NCBI GenBank assembly: GCA_963765495.1
Contig: CAVXWP010000004.1
Coordinates: forward strand, 128,001-192,000
DNA from: Blastocatellia bacterium
Lineage (GTDB): Bacteria; Acidobacteriota; Blastocatellia; UBA7656
DNA length: 64,000 nt
Direction: 5' to 3'
The notes under the pieces were generated by a model that worked only from the letters and a program-made list of their open reading frames with translations, did not search any database and was not told the origin of the DNA. Both the position numbers and the translations under genes were made by a program. Positions 39,190 to 49,451 of the stretch are shown here, piece by piece. The stretch's first letter is position 1. The number at the start of each line of letters is the position of its first letter.

Positions 39190-39294
39190 CGTGGCTTGTA
39201 AGAGAGAGAACCTAATTCACGCGCAACGGGCATGTCAACTGAGGATCGGTCGCCGGACGTTAAAATTTTGTGACGGACAGGGCCATTCAGTTCT

Positions 39295-40119
39295 TTAACG
39301 GTTCGATTTCAGGAGTCTTTTGACATCTACCCTGACACCGAAATTTTCTTCGAGCGCTCGCTCGTATTCGTCTTCTCCGGCCAGCAAAATTTCCCGGCGC
39401 TCTCCGCCTTCTGTGATAATCAATCGCATATCGCTCAACGTTACTCGGCCCCACGACTTTGCAAGAGTGCAGAGAGGGCTCTTTGTAAAATGCGACTGCG
39501 GCGATGTCTGATGGTAATGACACATTTCCAGATAATCGCTCATCACACGCGGCTGCAACGAAAAAACATACTGGTCCTTCCAGTCGGAATCATCGTCTCG
39601 TCTGAGCAGCTTTAACAGGTCGCCATCTCGCGTAATGAGGTAACGGCTCCAGTCTCGCGCCTGCTCGCCTCTTTCATCCAATCGAAGAGGCTCGCGAAAG
39701 CTGTCGCCAAATCCTACGTCTGCAAGCCAGCGGTCTTCCAACTGCACAAGCAGAGCCATGTGATCAAACTCGGGGCCGAAGGTGTCTTCGCCGCTGGTCA
39801 CTCTTGCCGAGAGCAGCGTCACATCGAAGCCGAGTTCCCTGAGAAGAGCCGCAAACAACCCGTTCATCTCATAGCAAAATCCGCCGCGCCGATGCCTTAC
39901 GATCTTGTCAAAGAGCGAGGCTTCATCCAGTCGAATCGGCCTGCCAAGATGAATCTCCAGATTCTCGAATGGAACCGCCAGATGATGCGCCCTGTGCAAC
40001 GCCCGCAACGTATCAACGGTTGGCTCGATAGAACCGGAATAGCCGATTCGCTGCAAATAAGCGTTCACATCCAGCCGGGCGTTTTTCTCAACATTCTCTG
40101 TATGAGTGTCCACAATCAA
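39295..40119 (-). CDS. Arylamine N-acetyltransferase
   Basis: YL.RIG, PFENL, RRGG.CYE.N, H..L.V, DVGFG (Cys-His-Asp triad). Confidence 0.93.
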   Translation of the reverse strand: MIVDTHTENVEKNARLDVNAYLQRIGYSGSIEPTVDTLRALHRAHHLAVPFENLEIHLGRPIRLDEASLFDKIVRHRRGGFCYEMNGLFAALLRELGFDVTLLSARVTSGEDTFGPEFDHMALLVQLEDRWLADVGFGDSFREPLRLDERGEQARDWSRYLITRDGDLLKLLRRDDDSDWKDQYVFSLQPRVMSDYLEMCHYHQTSPQSHFTKSPLCTLAKSWGRVTLSDMRLIITEGGERREILLAGEDEYERALEENFGVRVDVKRLLKSNR

Positions 40120-40131
40120 CTCCTGACCTCA

Positions 40132-42306
40132 TCAACCGAGCACAGAGTTTATATCGATTTCGATGCCCGAAGCGCCCCGCACGCACTCGACGACCGCGAA
40201 TGTCGCAAGCGTAGTCGCCACGAGCGATTCAAGGCTTATGGGCGCTAGACGGCCTTCGCGCGCCGATTCGAGAAAGGCGCTTATCTCAGCGCCGTGTCCT
40301 TTATCCTGCGTGCTTCCTCCGAGGCGCGTCTTCTTTGCGCCGCGTATGAATTGCCCGCTTTTGTAATCGTCTATAGTCGCAACCGAGCGATCACACAATA
40401 TTTCTATCTGCTCTTTCGGAACGGATTTGTCACCGCTCGCCGCGTAGACTATCGAAGCAACAGACCCGTCACCGAGCCTCAGCGAAATGGCCACGCTGTC
40501 ATCAACGTAGCCCGATGTTTTCAGGTGCGGCACGCCTTCGGCCGATACGCGAACGGGCAGAGAATCGGTCAGATACTGAACCAGGTCGATGAAATGGCAG
40601 ACCTCGCCAATGACGCGACCCCCGCCTTCTACGGGGTCGAGCGTCCAGTGGCCAGAAGCAAGCCCGCCTGCGTTCACCCGATAGAGGATTGTCATCGGTC
40701 CCGACCTATGCTCGAATCTCGCTTTGACCTCCCGAGCAATAGGAGCAAAGCGCCTATTGTAACCGACCATCAACAATCCGCCGGTTTCGCGGGCAGCGGC
40801 GGCGACCTCGCGCAATCCTTCCTCGGTGATGGCGAGCGGCTTCTCTACGAAAACCGCTTTCCCTTTTCTGAGAGCCTTTGCCGCAAGCAAGGCGTGAGAA
40901 TCGTGCCGGGTCGTTATGAAGACCGAATGAGTGTTCTCATTTTCAAGTATCTGTTCATAATCGGTGGTCGAATACGAGAATCCGAACTGCTCGGCGGTGT
41001 TACGGGCGCTGACGCCGGTTGCGGTTGCAAGCCCGGTCAGTTGAACGCCCTGAGAGCGTTTTACGATTGGCAGTAACACGCCTCGGGCAAAGTTCCCGGC
41101 CCCGATAAATCCTATGCCTATCTGACCATTTTCGAGCCGCTTTGTCTGATGCGGTCTTATCCCGGAGGCAGCCGCTTTTGTCGCGTTTGGATATTCGAGC
41201 ACGACCCCGCACGAGCGTTCGCCGCTCTGCCCCAGAATCAGGTCGTATGCCTGCTTTGCATCCTCTACGGTGAAGCGGTGCGTAGTCAGCAAATCCGTAT
41301 TTATTTTGCCTTCGGCAACAAGCCCTAAAAACGATTCCATATTCCGTTGCTCGGTCCAGCGCACATATCCTATGGGATAGTCGTTTCCCTTCTCTTCGTA
41401 TGAGGGGTCATAACGTCCAGGCCCGTAGGAACGCGAGAGCCTGACTTCAAGCTCTTTCATATAGTAAGCGTTTCGAGGGATGTCCATGCCCACGAGCCCT
41501 ACGACGACGACCCTTGCCCTGTCTCTGGCCAGATCGCATGCCAGCACGACCGGCTCGCTCGATTTTGTGCCGGCGGTAATCAATATGGAATCCGCGCCGT
41601 GCCCTCCGGTCAATTGATCGCAAAAGGCGAGCGCCGTTTCACGGTCTTCTGACACAAGGTCTGCGCCCGATTTCTTTGCAAGCGCGCAGGCCGCCGGGTC
41701 TATGTCTATTCCAAGCACGCGGCAGCCCGCCGCCTTTAGGATCTGGACTGCCAATTGCCCGACAAGCCCCAGACCTATCACGGCAATCGCCTCGCCCAAT
41801 CGGGCATCGGCCTGCCGAACTCCCTGCAACGCTATTGCGCCCACGGTTGTGTACGCGGCTGCTTCAAGCGATGCGCCTTCGGGAAGCTTGCAACAGAGAT
41901 TTCTGGGGATGAAATTCACTTCCGCGTGTGACGCGTAACCGCCGCCCGCGCACGCTACGCGGTCGCCCGCTTGAAGGTCGCGGACATCGCTGCCTACCTG
42001 AATCACAATGCCCGATGCGCTGTAGCCGAGCGGCTTTATCTGATCGAGCCTCGCCCTGACTTTTTCATATGTCGAGCGCAGCCCCTCTCGTTTGAAAGTG
42101 TCAAACACCTGGCGGACGAGGTCCGGGCGGCTTCGAGCCTTGCCGAGGAGTGAACTCTGAGCCGTCTCGACAATTGACCTCTCGGTGCCTGCGCTGATAA
42201 GCGAACAGGCGGTTTGCACAAGCACGCCGCCGGGACGGAGCGCGGGCGGGGGAAGCTCTTCCACTTTCAACTCCCCCGTGCGGTAATTCTGTGTGACTTG
42301 TTTCAT
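40132..42306 (-). CDS. Bi-domain oxidoreductase (Zn-type dehydrogenase plus Gfo/Idh/MocA)
   Basis: SLISAGTE, LGYS, SRSYGPGRYD, GAGNF, VEKP, GYNRRF. Confidence 0.92.
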   Translation of the reverse strand: MKQVTQNYRTGELKVEELPPPALRPGGVLVQTACSLISAGTERSIVETAQSSLLGKARSRPDLVRQVFDTFKREGLRSTYEKVRARLDQIKPLGYSASGIVIQVGSDVRDLQAGDRVACAGGGYASHAEVNFIPRNLCCKLPEGASLEAAAYTTVGAIALQGVRQADARLGEAIAVIGLGLVGQLAVQILKAAGCRVLGIDIDPAACALAKKSGADLVSEDRETALAFCDQLTGGHGADSILITAGTKSSEPVVLACDLARDRARVVVVGLVGMDIPRNAYYMKELEVRLSRSYGPGRYDPSYEEKGNDYPIGYVRWTEQRNMESFLGLVAEGKINTDLLTTHRFTVEDAKQAYDLILGQSGERSCGVVLEYPNATKAAASGIRPHQTKRLENGQIGIGFIGAGNFARGVLLPIVKRSQGVQLTGLATATGVSARNTAEQFGFSYSTTDYEQILENENTHSVFITTRHDSHALLAAKALRKGKAVFVEKPLAITEEGLREVAAAARETGGLLMVGYNRRFAPIAREVKARFEHRSGPMTILYRVNAGGLASGHWTLDPVEGGGRVIGEVCHFIDLVQYLTDSLPVRVSAEGVPHLKTSGYVDDSVAISLRLGDGSVASIVYAASGDKSVPKEQIEILCDRSVATIDDYKSGQFIRGAKKTRLGGSTQDKGHGAEISAFLESAREGRLAPISLESLVATTLATFAVVECVRGASGIEIDINSVLG

Positions 42307-42309
42307 AGG

Positions 42310-42389
42310 CAGTGGTCGGTGGTCGGTGGTCAGTGGTCAGTAATCAGCCATCTGATCTGACCACTGACCACCGACCGCTGATCACCGAT
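42310..42389. repeat. Inverted heptamer tandem repeat element (GTGGTCG/A)n ... (CTGACCA)n
   Basis: Directly visible in the sequence. Confidence 0.85.
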
Positions 42390-43349
42390 TCAAATATGAG
42401 GGTATTCTGCTCGCCTTTTGTGCCTGTAGTTTTGAAGGATTTTGTGAACCTGCCGCGGGCTGACTTTTTCTATTCGCTCGGCAATGCTGTAGTGCAATCC
42501 GTGCTCGGGTGGAGAAGGCAGGGTCAGGTATTCGGAATAAGCGTCAAGTATATTCTGCTGGATTTCGGGCGACGGATCGGGAACGTTGGCAAACGAGCGT
42601 TCATCATCGTGGAGCACGTCTAGCCATCTGAGCACCTGCCACCTGGTAACAAATTTAAGCTCTTCGGCTATCTTTGCGGGCAACTCTGTCAGCCGATAAC
42701 GCTCATTTTCAAGTTCCTGCCAGTAGAGTTTTTCCACCTCGAAAAGCTGCTGGCGCGTAGGCGTGGGCGTAGGCGATTTTTGATACTCCGCAAGCGACCA
42801 CTCTCGAATCACCTTCATTACCTGCTTATACGGAACATTGAGCGCGAGGCTGATGGCGCGGCGGCGTCCCCCTTCCGGGCGATGCCCGCTTTCGACAAAC
42901 CTTTGATACATCTGGATCGCGCGCGCCTTCTGCTCCTCTGAAATCGTGGCGCTGGCGTGGCTCAATTCGCGCAGCACATCGGCAACAAGCTGTCGCTTCA
43001 GCCATAGCTTGTTGGCTATCTGAGAATGAGCTTCTTTAAGAGAGACATCTCCGTTTCTGTACTCCTCTTCGTACATCTGAATGATTCGTTCGCGAATCTC
43101 GGGAGTCATTTCGGAGGCTTTGGGCGCTCGCATAACCCGCTGTTTGCGCGGGGCCGCAGACGGAAAACTCGACGGTGAGGCAGGTCTGGGAGCCACGCGG
43201 GTGGCTTGCGCTACAACTTTTGGCGGCGCGGGAACATGTTTAACGACCTTTTTCTTTACGCACTTCAGACAGTACATGGCCTTCCGGTCGGGCGAAAAGA
43301 AGGTCGAGTTACACACTGAACACGTTCTGCGAAATTTCATTCCACTCAT
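42390..43349 (-). CDS. Hypothetical protein: N-terminal Zn ribbon plus four HTH-like repeats
   Basis: CSVC...CLKC; four ~50-aa repeats. Confidence 0.75.
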   Translation of the reverse strand: MSGMKFRRTCSVCNSTFFSPDRKAMYCLKCVKKKVVKHVPAPPKVVAQATRVAPRPASPSSFPSAAPRKQRVMRAPKASEMTPEIRERIIQMYEEEYRNGDVSLKEAHSQIANKLWLKRQLVADVLRELSHASATISEEQKARAIQMYQRFVESGHRPEGGRRRAISLALNVPYKQVMKVIREWSLAEYQKSPTPTPTRQQLFEVEKLYWQELENERYRLTELPAKIAEELKFVTRWQVLRWLDVLHDDERSFANVPDPSPEIQQNILDAYSEYLTLPSPPEHGLHYSIAERIEKVSPRQVHKILQNYRHKRRAEYPHI

Positions 43350-43427
43350 AATATTTCCCTAGTTTAGTTTCTAAGCTCTCAAACTTCAACCTTTCATCAT
43401 ATTTTCTGCCGCCAAATTTCACTTACC

Positions 43428-44468
43428 CTAATCTTTTAGAGTATAAGCCAGCAGCATCTGAGGCATCGCCTGCAAGGGCAGCATGGCGTTTGCGCAGCCT
43501 CTTTCGATAACAGAGCGCGGCATGCCAAAGACAACCGCCGTTTCGTTCGACTCCACGATCACGTGGCCGCCTGCCCTTCTCACTATCTCAGCGCCTCTTG
43601 CGCCATCCTCACCCATGCCTGTAAGCACGAGGGCGAGCGTTCTCGCTTCGCAAACCATTGATGCCGACTCAAACAGCGCATCAGCCGAAGGCGCGTGAAG
43701 ATCGGACGTTACGGGTTTACGGACTCGCATCTCCATCTCGCCTTGTTTGCCCGTAATCGTAGTCTGCATTCCAGCAGGTGCTATATAAATATTTCCTTTC
43801 AAGATCGGGCGCATATCGCTCGCCTCTTGAACTTTGTAATGAGAGAGCGAATTAAGTCTCTCGGCAAAAGGGGCCGTAAACCCGAACGGCATATGCTGAA
43901 CTATGATTATTGGCGAAGACAATCGCTTTGGTAAATGTGCAACCAGCCTCTGTATGGCGGCCGGTCCCCCCGTAGATGCAGCGATACAGATCACTTCGAC
44001 CTCGGCGTTGCGAGCATCCTGCTCGGCCTTAAGTATCTGAGCCATCTCATCGGCGCTCGTCTTCGGAACCGATGAGGGTCTGGCCAGCGCAGCCTCCTCT
44101 ACACGGCGGATGATCTTTTCTTCGAGGGTAGAGACCGCGGGTGTCGAGCGCGGAGTCGGCTTGAGAAGGAAATCAACCGCGCCGAGTTCGAGCGCCTTGA
44201 AGACGCGGTCGCGGTCGCTGAAGGAACTGCATACGACTATTGGAATCGGGCGAGTCTCCATCGCCCACCTGAGTACGCCAAACCCATCCATTCTTGGCAT
44301 CATCAAATCGAGCAAAACTATATCGGGATTAAGCTCGACGATTCGCTTTATAGCCACATCTCCATCTTCGGCCATCCCTACGACGGAAAGACGGCTCGAA
44401 CGCGCAAAAATCCGTGTGAAGCGCATGCGGTAATATGGCGAATCATCTACGATGAGCAAACGATGCAC
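43428..44468 (-). CDS. cheB: Chemotaxis methylesterase CheB (REC plus esterase)
   Basis: VDDS, LD..MP.MDG, ASTGGP, VQHMP, LTGMG.DG, FGMP. Confidence 0.96.
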   Translation of the reverse strand: MHRLLIVDDSPYYRMRFTRIFARSSRLSVVGMAEDGDVAIKRIVELNPDIVLLDLMMPRMDGFGVLRWAMETRPIPIVVCSSFSDRDRVFKALELGAVDFLLKPTPRSTPAVSTLEEKIIRRVEEAALARPSSVPKTSADEMAQILKAEQDARNAEVEVICIAASTGGPAAIQRLVAHLPKRLSSPIIIVQHMPFGFTAPFAERLNSLSHYKVQEASDMRPILKGNIYIAPAGMQTTITGKQGEMEMRVRKPVTSDLHAPSADALFESASMVCEARTLALVLTGMGEDGARGAEIVRRAGGHVIVESNETAVVFGMPRSVIERGCANAMLPLQAMPQMLLAYTLKD

Positions 44469-44484
44469 AGTTCCCTCTCAAACC

Positions 44485-44606
44485 GATGCGTGAAGAGTGA
44501 ATCGTGATACGTTATTCGTGAAATAAGTAATGATCTTATAACCAGCCATCAAGCTGATAATCACGTATCACGATTCACTCTTCACGCATCACGATTCACT
44601 CTTCAC
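44485..44606. repeat. Inverted repeat built from degenerate heptamers; overlaps the cheR stop
   Basis: 28-bp perfect IR at 44485-44512/44563-44590. Confidence 0.88.
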
Positions 44607-45441
44607 CCTTCCTATGAGCAAGTTCGCGGCCAAACTGAACCGTCTTGAACCCTGTGCCAAGCGGCAGAAGCGATTCGGCATGGCCCAGCAAAAGGTACCC
44701 GCCGCCGCGCAGCATTCTATAAAAGGATTTCACGGTCTCTTTTGCCGCGTTGTCTTCGAAATACATCAGCACATTTCGGCAAAAGATCGCGTCAAATCGT
44801 CCCCTGCCTTTGTCGGTCTCGTCTGTCAGGTTGAGTTTCATCAAATTGAATTGCTCGAAATGAACCGAGGAGCGCAAGAGGTCGCTTACCGTCCACAACC
44901 CCTTTGAGACATGGGAAAAGTATTGTTTCTTGAACGAAGCATCCATCACGCGAAAGCTCGAAGAGGTATAGGTCCCGCGTACGCCCGCCTCGACTACCCT
45001 GTGGCTCAGATCGCTCGCAATAACCCGCGCCCGTCCGTTGCCAAGCAATCTTTGCTCGTTCATAAGCATAGCGACTGTAAAGGCCTCTTCGCCGGTCGAA
45101 CATCCCGCGCTCCATATCCTGAGCGGTCTTTCGCTGCGGGCGAGTTGCGGCAACAGATGTTCGGAGAAGAGATTGAGCTGACGCTTCTCTCTGAAAAAGT
45201 ATGTTTCGTGGACCGCTACCGCATCCAGCATCGCATCCATCTCTTCGCCGTCGAGGAGTTTCTCGTAATCTGAATAAGAGGTGACTCCGCGAACCCGCAG
45301 CCGGGGGGCAAGCCTGCGTTCAAGAATAAAACGCGCATTTTCGTCGCGGGCTACATAAATTCCGCTCGTCGTAGTAATGCGCCCTCTGAGTCGCTCGAAT
45401 GTCTTCGAGTCGAGTTCCGGTCCTTTCAACTTCGTGCTCAT
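44596..45441 (-). CDS. cheR: Chemotaxis methyltransferase CheR
   Basis: ETYFFRE, IWSAGCSTGEE, FCRNVLMYF, LGHAESL. Confidence 0.96.
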   Translation of the reverse strand: MSTKLKGPELDSKTFERLRGRITTTSGIYVARDENARFILERRLAPRLRVRGVTSYSDYEKLLDGEEMDAMLDAVAVHETYFFREKRQLNLFSEHLLPQLARSERPLRIWSAGCSTGEEAFTVAMLMNEQRLLGNGRARVIASDLSHRVVEAGVRGTYTSSSFRVMDASFKKQYFSHVSKGLWTVSDLLRSSVHFEQFNLMKLNLTDETDKGRGRFDAIFCRNVLMYFEDNAAKETVKSFYRMLRGGGYLLLGHAESLLPLGTGFKTVQFGRELAHRKGEE

Positions 45442-45482
45442 ACCGATCTCACCATCCACATTAATCACGCCCGCTTCACGGG

Positions 45483-46004
45483 TTACATCTCACCCAATCG
45501 CTCTACATCAATGATAGGTATCTGTCTTTTTTCGCTCTTGAACAAAGCGCGAACCGGCCAGCCGAACCCTGCGCCCGCGCCCCGGTTGTTTTGAGAAGCT
45601 CGCGAGACGGGGTGAATCTTTTCAGGTGGCAGAACCACTACGCCTTCGACGCGGTCGGCAAGCAATCCGAGTTGAGCTTCTCCCTTCAAGAGAATCAGTC
45701 GTCGTCTCGCGGCCTTATGTCCCGCGCTCAGGCTCAGGTCTAGGATTATGATCATGTGCCCGCGAACGCTCGCTACACCCACGATCCCGTCAGGCGGGCT
45801 CGGCAGAGGAGAGACGACGGGGCAATCAACCACTCCGTCAGTATGCTCGACGCCTATGGCAAACTCTTCGCCCGCAATCTGAAATTGCAGCAGCGACACC
45901 TGTTCATGCTCATCCAAAGGCGTGTCGGGCGAGAACAATTCCAGAGGAATCGCGCCCCGGGCAAGGCTCGTTTCAGTGTCTTCCTTCCTGTTTTTTTTAC
46001 CCAT
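45483..46004 (-). CDS. cheW: CheW adaptor
   Basis: F.I..E.FAI, P..P..I.GV..VRG....LDL, GLL.D.V. Confidence 0.9.
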   Translation of the reverse strand: MGKKNRKEDTETSLARGAIPLELFSPDTPLDEHEQVSLLQFQIAGEEFAIGVEHTDGVVDCPVVSPLPSPPDGIVGVASVRGHMIIILDLSLSAGHKAARRRLILLKGEAQLGLLADRVEGVVVLPPEKIHPVSRASQNNRGAGAGFGWPVRALFKSEKRQIPIIDVERLGEM

Positions 46005-46071
46005 TCGCTTTATCTGAGTTCGCGGTCAAGAATTCGGTTGCCTGAGGTTTACAAGGATAATCGCCAGCCAA

Positions 46072-48225
46072 TCACATTCTCAAGCTTCTGAGTAGAAGCA
46101 GGCTCGGCAGATCAAGCACAAGGGCGACATCGCCGCCTTCAAGGTCCACCGCGCCGATGACTCCCTTGAATCGCTTTCCCAAAGAGCCAAGCGATTTTAC
46201 TATGATCTCGCGCTGCTCAAAAAAATTTTCCACGGCGACGGCCACGTGTCTTTCGGCGGCTCGCGTGATAAAGACCGGCACGCGAGGCGACCTGCTTTTG
46301 GCGGCGAGTTCACCGAGCCTTGCGCGCACGTTGCTTGAAAATGCGCCGCCCGAACTCGCGCTTTGAGACAGCACCCTCGCTCCTCCAAGCGCAAGCAGAT
46401 ACTTTAGCTCGACAAGCGGTATCGTAGAGTTGCGCCAGCGTATGTTTCGCTTGCCGTCCCGGCCTACGATGTCGCCCGCGCTCACGTAAAGCAATTCGAT
46501 GATCTGGCCTACATTGATCGCGTACCTCCACTGGTTCACACCGACAATAAAGGCCGAGATCATCACGAGCGTGGTCGGCACAACGAGTTCGAACCTTGTG
46601 CCCTTCCCTCTTTCGGAAAAGACCAGTATCTCTCCGCCCAGTTCGTGAATGGTGCGCTCGACGGCATCGAGCCCGACACCGCGACCCGAGACGGACGAGA
46701 CGTGTTCGGCGGTGGAAAAACCGGGCCGGAATATCAATCTGAGCGTCTCTTCGTAGCTCAGTTCTTCTTCGGGGTCGATAGCGCCTATCTCGATTGCGCG
46801 GGTGCGGACCTCCTCCGGGTCAATGCCGCGCCCGTCGTCGGAGATGGCAACAATGGCTCGTGTGCCGTCGAGGCTCGCCTCGATACGAATCTTGCTGCGA
46901 ATTCGCTTTCGCGCGGCTCGTCGTTCTGCGGAAGGCTCGAGCCCGTGGTCTATGGCATTGCGCAGGATATGGTAAATGGGGTCGCTTATGCGGTCTACGA
47001 TGACCTTGTCGAGTTGGGTTTCGCGTCCGGCCACTTCGACCGAAACGCTCTTTTTCAACTCGCGCCCAAGCCGTTCGGCGAGCCTTGCGGCGCGGGTAAA
47101 GGTCTGCGCAAGCGAGACCATACGGAGTTCGACAAGCCGCTCTTCAAGCTCCAGAAACTCACGCTCGATTCGCCGCGCGTTGAGCTTGAGATCAAAGCGC
47201 TCTCTGGCCCCCAGGCCCGCCGCTACCAGAATCTGATCGGCCATCGATGAGAGGGTTTGAGTTCGGATGGCAAGCTCGTGCGCAAGCCCCGACAGTTCGT
47301 CGATTTGAGACAGGTCTACGCGCACGCTGAGCGAAAGCGGCTGGAGAGATTCCTGAGCGAAGGTCTGCGGGAGGACAGCGGCAAATCTGCCCTTTTCAGG
47401 GCTTATGCTTCCCTCTTCGGTCTCCTTTTTCTTCTGTTTGCGGCCTACCCCGATAAGGGCTGCGCCCGCCCGCCGCCACGTGGAGCCTTTCAGATGCGAG
47501 ATTTTCCCGCCGAAGGGCTTTACAAGACGCTTGATGTCTGACTCTTTCATCTGAGCGGCGAAGATCAGCTTGAAAGCCACACAGGTCGGCTCTTCGGCAG
47601 GTTCAGGAAGCGTGGTTATGAGTTCGCCGTTTTCAGCAAGCTTTGACGTGAGTGCGCGATAATGTGTGTCGAGTTCGCCTACCTGAAATTGAACCACAAG
47701 AGCGAAAAACGATCTGCCGATGCGGAGGTTTTCGATTATTCTGTGTTCTTCATACTCGGTAAGCATCCCGCGTTCGCGCTCTGACAGACCGAGCGATTCT
47801 ATCTCGGCGGCATCCTTTCGGGCGCGGGCACGCGGCAGGGCAGCAATCGCCGCCAGAAGCTCGCGCAACCGATCAAACTCTTCTTCGGTGGCCGAGCCGC
47901 GAGCCGAGCCTCCGACAAGAGCCGCAAGCCCCGCGCCCGCTTCCTGCAATGCGGCGGTGGCCTCTCTATCGAGTGAAAGCCTGCCGAGCCTCATATCATC
48001 GAGCAGGTCTTCAAACTCGTGCGCAAGCGATTTGACATCAGGGAGGCCCATCATCCCTGACAGCCCCTTGAGCGAATGGACCGAACGAAATATGCGGTTG
48101 ATAAGATTTATATCGGGGCTCGACTCGCTGCTTGCATGCAACGAGTCGAGGTCGGAAAGCAATGAATCCAACAATTCTTCCGACTCGGAAAGATACTCAC
48201 TCAGTAGCGCCTTATCTTCTATCAT
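46072..48225 (-). CDS. cheA: Chemotaxis histidine kinase CheA
   Basis: Hpt FR.VHSLKG; H..RNA.DHG.E; DDG.G; F.PGFST; SGRGVG.D; C-terminal CheW domain; start placed at ATG 48225. Confidence 0.96.
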   Translation of the reverse strand: MIEDKALLSEYLSESEELLDSLLSDLDSLHASSESSPDINLINRIFRSVHSLKGLSGMMGLPDVKSLAHEFEDLLDDMRLGRLSLDREATAALQEAGAGLAALVGGSARGSATEEEFDRLRELLAAIAALPRARARKDAAEIESLGLSERERGMLTEYEEHRIIENLRIGRSFFALVVQFQVGELDTHYRALTSKLAENGELITTLPEPAEEPTCVAFKLIFAAQMKESDIKRLVKPFGGKISHLKGSTWRRAGAALIGVGRKQKKKETEEGSISPEKGRFAAVLPQTFAQESLQPLSLSVRVDLSQIDELSGLAHELAIRTQTLSSMADQILVAAGLGARERFDLKLNARRIEREFLELEERLVELRMVSLAQTFTRAARLAERLGRELKKSVSVEVAGRETQLDKVIVDRISDPIYHILRNAIDHGLEPSAERRAARKRIRSKIRIEASLDGTRAIVAISDDGRGIDPEEVRTRAIEIGAIDPEEELSYEETLRLIFRPGFSTAEHVSSVSGRGVGLDAVERTIHELGGEILVFSERGKGTRFELVVPTTLVMISAFIVGVNQWRYAINVGQIIELLYVSAGDIVGRDGKRNIRWRNSTIPLVELKYLLALGGARVLSQSASSGGAFSSNVRARLGELAAKSRSPRVPVFITRAAERHVAVAVENFFEQREIIVKSLGSLGKRFKGVIGAVDLEGGDVALVLDLPSLLLLRSLRM

Positions 48226-48319
48226 AAGGTGACGGAACGAAGTGCAAATGGCAAAGAGCGAGGCGCAAGAGGCAAAGGGCGCTTTACTCCTGACTCTTTG
48301 CGCTTCGCTCTTCGCTCGT

Positions 48320-48769
48320 TCATTGCTTTGTGTTAGTAGCGATTGAGGCCGACTGATTGATATCAAGATCGCGTTTTATTGCATCAAGAATACCGTTAAT
48401 GAATTGTGTGGCTTCAAAGGTCGAAAACCTTCGAGCTATCTCAAGCGCTTCATTGATTACTACGGTTCTGGGAGTGTCCGACTCGTGGAGAAATTCGTAG
48501 ATTGCGAGACGCAGGATATTGCGATCGACTACGGCCATACGCGAAATACGCCAGTTTTCCGCCCGCTGCCTTATCAGATCATCTATCTCTTCCAGATGAG
48601 ATAAAGAGCCGAGCGTCAACCGATTGGCAAAATCTCTGGCAACATCGCCGACTTCATCGCCGAAGCTGTCCCAGTAATAGCCAATAATATCTTCGACCCG
48701 CGGTCGCGCAATGTCATATTGAAAGAGCATCTGTAAGGCACAAACGCGGGCCTTACGCCTGGCACCCAT
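48320..48769 (-). CDS. nusB: Transcription antitermination factor NusB
   Basis: RRKAR..ALQ.L, W...R...VDR.ILR, INEA.EIA..F, FING.LD. Confidence 0.96.
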   Translation of the reverse strand: MGARRKARVCALQMLFQYDIARPRVEDIIGYYWDSFGDEVGDVARDFANRLTLGSLSHLEEIDDLIRQRAENWRISRMAVVDRNILRLAIYEFLHESDTPRTVVINEALEIARRFSTFEATQFINGILDAIKRDLDINQSASIATNTKQ

Positions 48770-48803
48770 AACAAACCCGTTCCTTGATGTAAGAGTATGC
48801 CTC

Positions 48804-49286
48804 TCAGTCAGAGCGTCCACTACCAAATTCGCGATATAGATTTGCAAGCTCGACGGCAGTCATCGCAGCTTCAAACCCCTTGTTGCCGGATTTGGCTCCG
48901 GCGCGATCAATAGCCTGTTCGAGAGTGTCGGCTGTTATCACTCCCAGTGCGATAGGGAGGTTCGTTTCGAGAGATACGTGAGCGATGCCTTTGAAGACTT
49001 CGGAAGCGATGTATTCGTTATGTGAGGTTTCGCCTCGGATGATCACGCCAATGCAGACTACAGCATCATAGTCGCCGCTTGTGGCTGCTCTTTTCGTAGC
49101 CATCGGCAACTCGAAAGAACCCGGAACCCTTATGATCGTTATTGCGTCGTTTTGTGCGCCGAGCCGCTCGAAGGCATCGACTGCGCCGCTGATCAATCGG
49201 CTCACGACAAAATCGTTCCACCGGCTGGCAACGATTGCCACGCGAAGCCCTTCCGCGTTCAGCCGCCCCTGGATCGTCTTAGCCAA
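48804..49286 (-). CDS. ribH: 6,7-dimethyl-8-ribityllumazine synthase
   Basis: SRWN, VPGSFELP, G..IRGET.H, QA..RAG.K.GNKG. Confidence 0.96.
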   Translation of the reverse strand: MAKTIQGRLNAEGLRVAIVASRWNDFVVSRLISGAVDAFERLGAQNDAITIIRVPGSFELPMATKRAATSGDYDAVVCIGVIIRGETSHNEYIASEVFKGIAHVSLETNLPIALGVITADTLEQAIDRAGAKSGNKGFEAAMTAVELANLYREFGSGRSD

Positions 49287-49451
49287 TTCGCGCAGTCTCC
49301 CTTCCAATTCGGCTCCGTTTTTTGCCCTATTTCCTCAAACAGATACGGCAGCCATTTTCAATCAACGACTGGGACGAGTATAGGCGGCTACTCGCAGGCA
49401 TGTCAAGTTAAGCCAATTCCCGTCCAGGGCCATTGCAAAGTCGAGCAAGAA

